A DNA stretch of 64,000 nucleotides from Clostridiales bacterium (lineage in GTDB: Bacteria; Bacillota; Clostridia; Christensenellales; Aristaeellaceae): assembly GCA_019420065.1 (NCBI GenBank), contig JAHZHX010000001.1, positions 16,176 through 80,175 of the forward strand. Reading direction: 5' to 3'. This document shows, piece by piece, positions 63,838-64,000 of this stretch. Positions within the stretch are counted from its first letter, which is position 1. Each line of letters opens with the position of its first letter. The notes under the pieces are model-generated. The model saw only the letters and a list, made by a program, of their open reading frames with translations, was not told the DNA's origin and did no database searches. Made by a program: the position numbers and the translations under genes.

Positions 63838-63870
63838 GCTCTATTGCATGATGCAATAGAGCTTATTTTA
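63838..63870. terminator. Intrinsic terminator after rnpB (likely bidirectional)
   Basis: 11-bp perfect stem GCTCTATTGCA/TGCAATAGAGC with loop TGA, followed by TTATTTTA and preceded by AAAAA. Confidence 0.6.
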
Positions 63871-63880
63871 TATAGTTTGT

Positions 63881-64000
63881 TCAATCAAGAAAGGCACGAA
63901 GGTAATTGGCCACGGCAAGCCCCAATGCCTGATAGCCAGCGGGCGTAAAATGTACGCCATCTTCGGTTCGCTGCTCGTCAGGGACGGCTCTGGAAACGCT
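63881..64000 (-). CDS. SGNH/GDSL hydrolase family protein, C-terminal fragment (runs off the window)
   Basis: My own minus-strand translation gives ...VSRAVPDEQRTEDGVHFTPAGYQALGLAVANYLRAFLD*. DGxH followed by GY..(L/M)A is block V of SGNH hydrolases. It is absent from the ORF track because the start lies outside the window. Confidence 0.55.
   Translation of the reverse strand, partial: SVSRAVPDEQRTEDGVHFTPAGYQALGLAVANYLRAFLD

Noticed and set aside
63334-63859. Several 60-136-aa ORFs on both strands after the zinc-ribbon gene.
   Set aside because: They lie inside the RNase P RNA (GAGGAAAGTCCGAGC and type-A P10-P12 signature), so they are not coding.
1-64000. Scan for CRISPR arrays, IS elements, integrases, prophage genes, toxin-antitoxin pairs and known defence genes.
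   Set aside because: None found. There are no regularly spaced direct repeats, no transposase, integrase or recombinase-like translations, and no terminal inverted repeats. The only repeats seen are short intragenic ones (the coiled-coil heptads and the MreC PT tail).

Overview
This 64-kb window looks like ordinary chromosomal core sequence, and I found no clear undescribed multi-gene system in it. I saw no transposase or integrase genes, no CRISPR array and no recognisable defence island.

The source appears to be a moderately high-GC, endospore-forming member of the Clostridia. That is an inference from the type-A RNase P RNA, yabP-yabQ-divIC, cdaA-cdaR, tilS-hpt-ftsH, maf-mreBCD-pbp2-minD-rodA, dnaG-rpoD-trmK-nif3, a T-box valS leader, and strong avoidance of TTA/CTA/TCA codons.

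I call about 70 protein genes, one GNAT pseudogene remnant, two tRNAs (Gln-CUG, Glu-CUC), RNase P RNA, a Val T-box leader, several near-consensus sigma-A promoters and a set of intrinsic terminators.

The items most worth a second look are:
- HflX carries a ~145-aa N-terminal extension with a complete JAMM/MPN+ (RadC-like) metal-site motif.
- Three translationally coupled VanY/M15B D,D-carboxypeptidase paralogs sit directly behind hflX.
- A divergent minD lies between pbp2 and rodA with no minC or minE.
- rsmH is detached from the dcw cluster and paired with rsmI, the other C1402 modifier.
- A pseudo-receiver protein is divergent from the yabP-yabQ-divIC sporulation/division genes.
- An uncharacterised secreted/cytoplasmic/membrane gene trio leads into dusB.
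- A possible frameshifted gene sits next to a small XRE regulator.

All family names come from reading the supplied translations and motifs by eye, with no database search. Start codons are RBS-based choices and may be off by a few codons. The many very long ORFs antisense to real genes are codon-usage artefacts.
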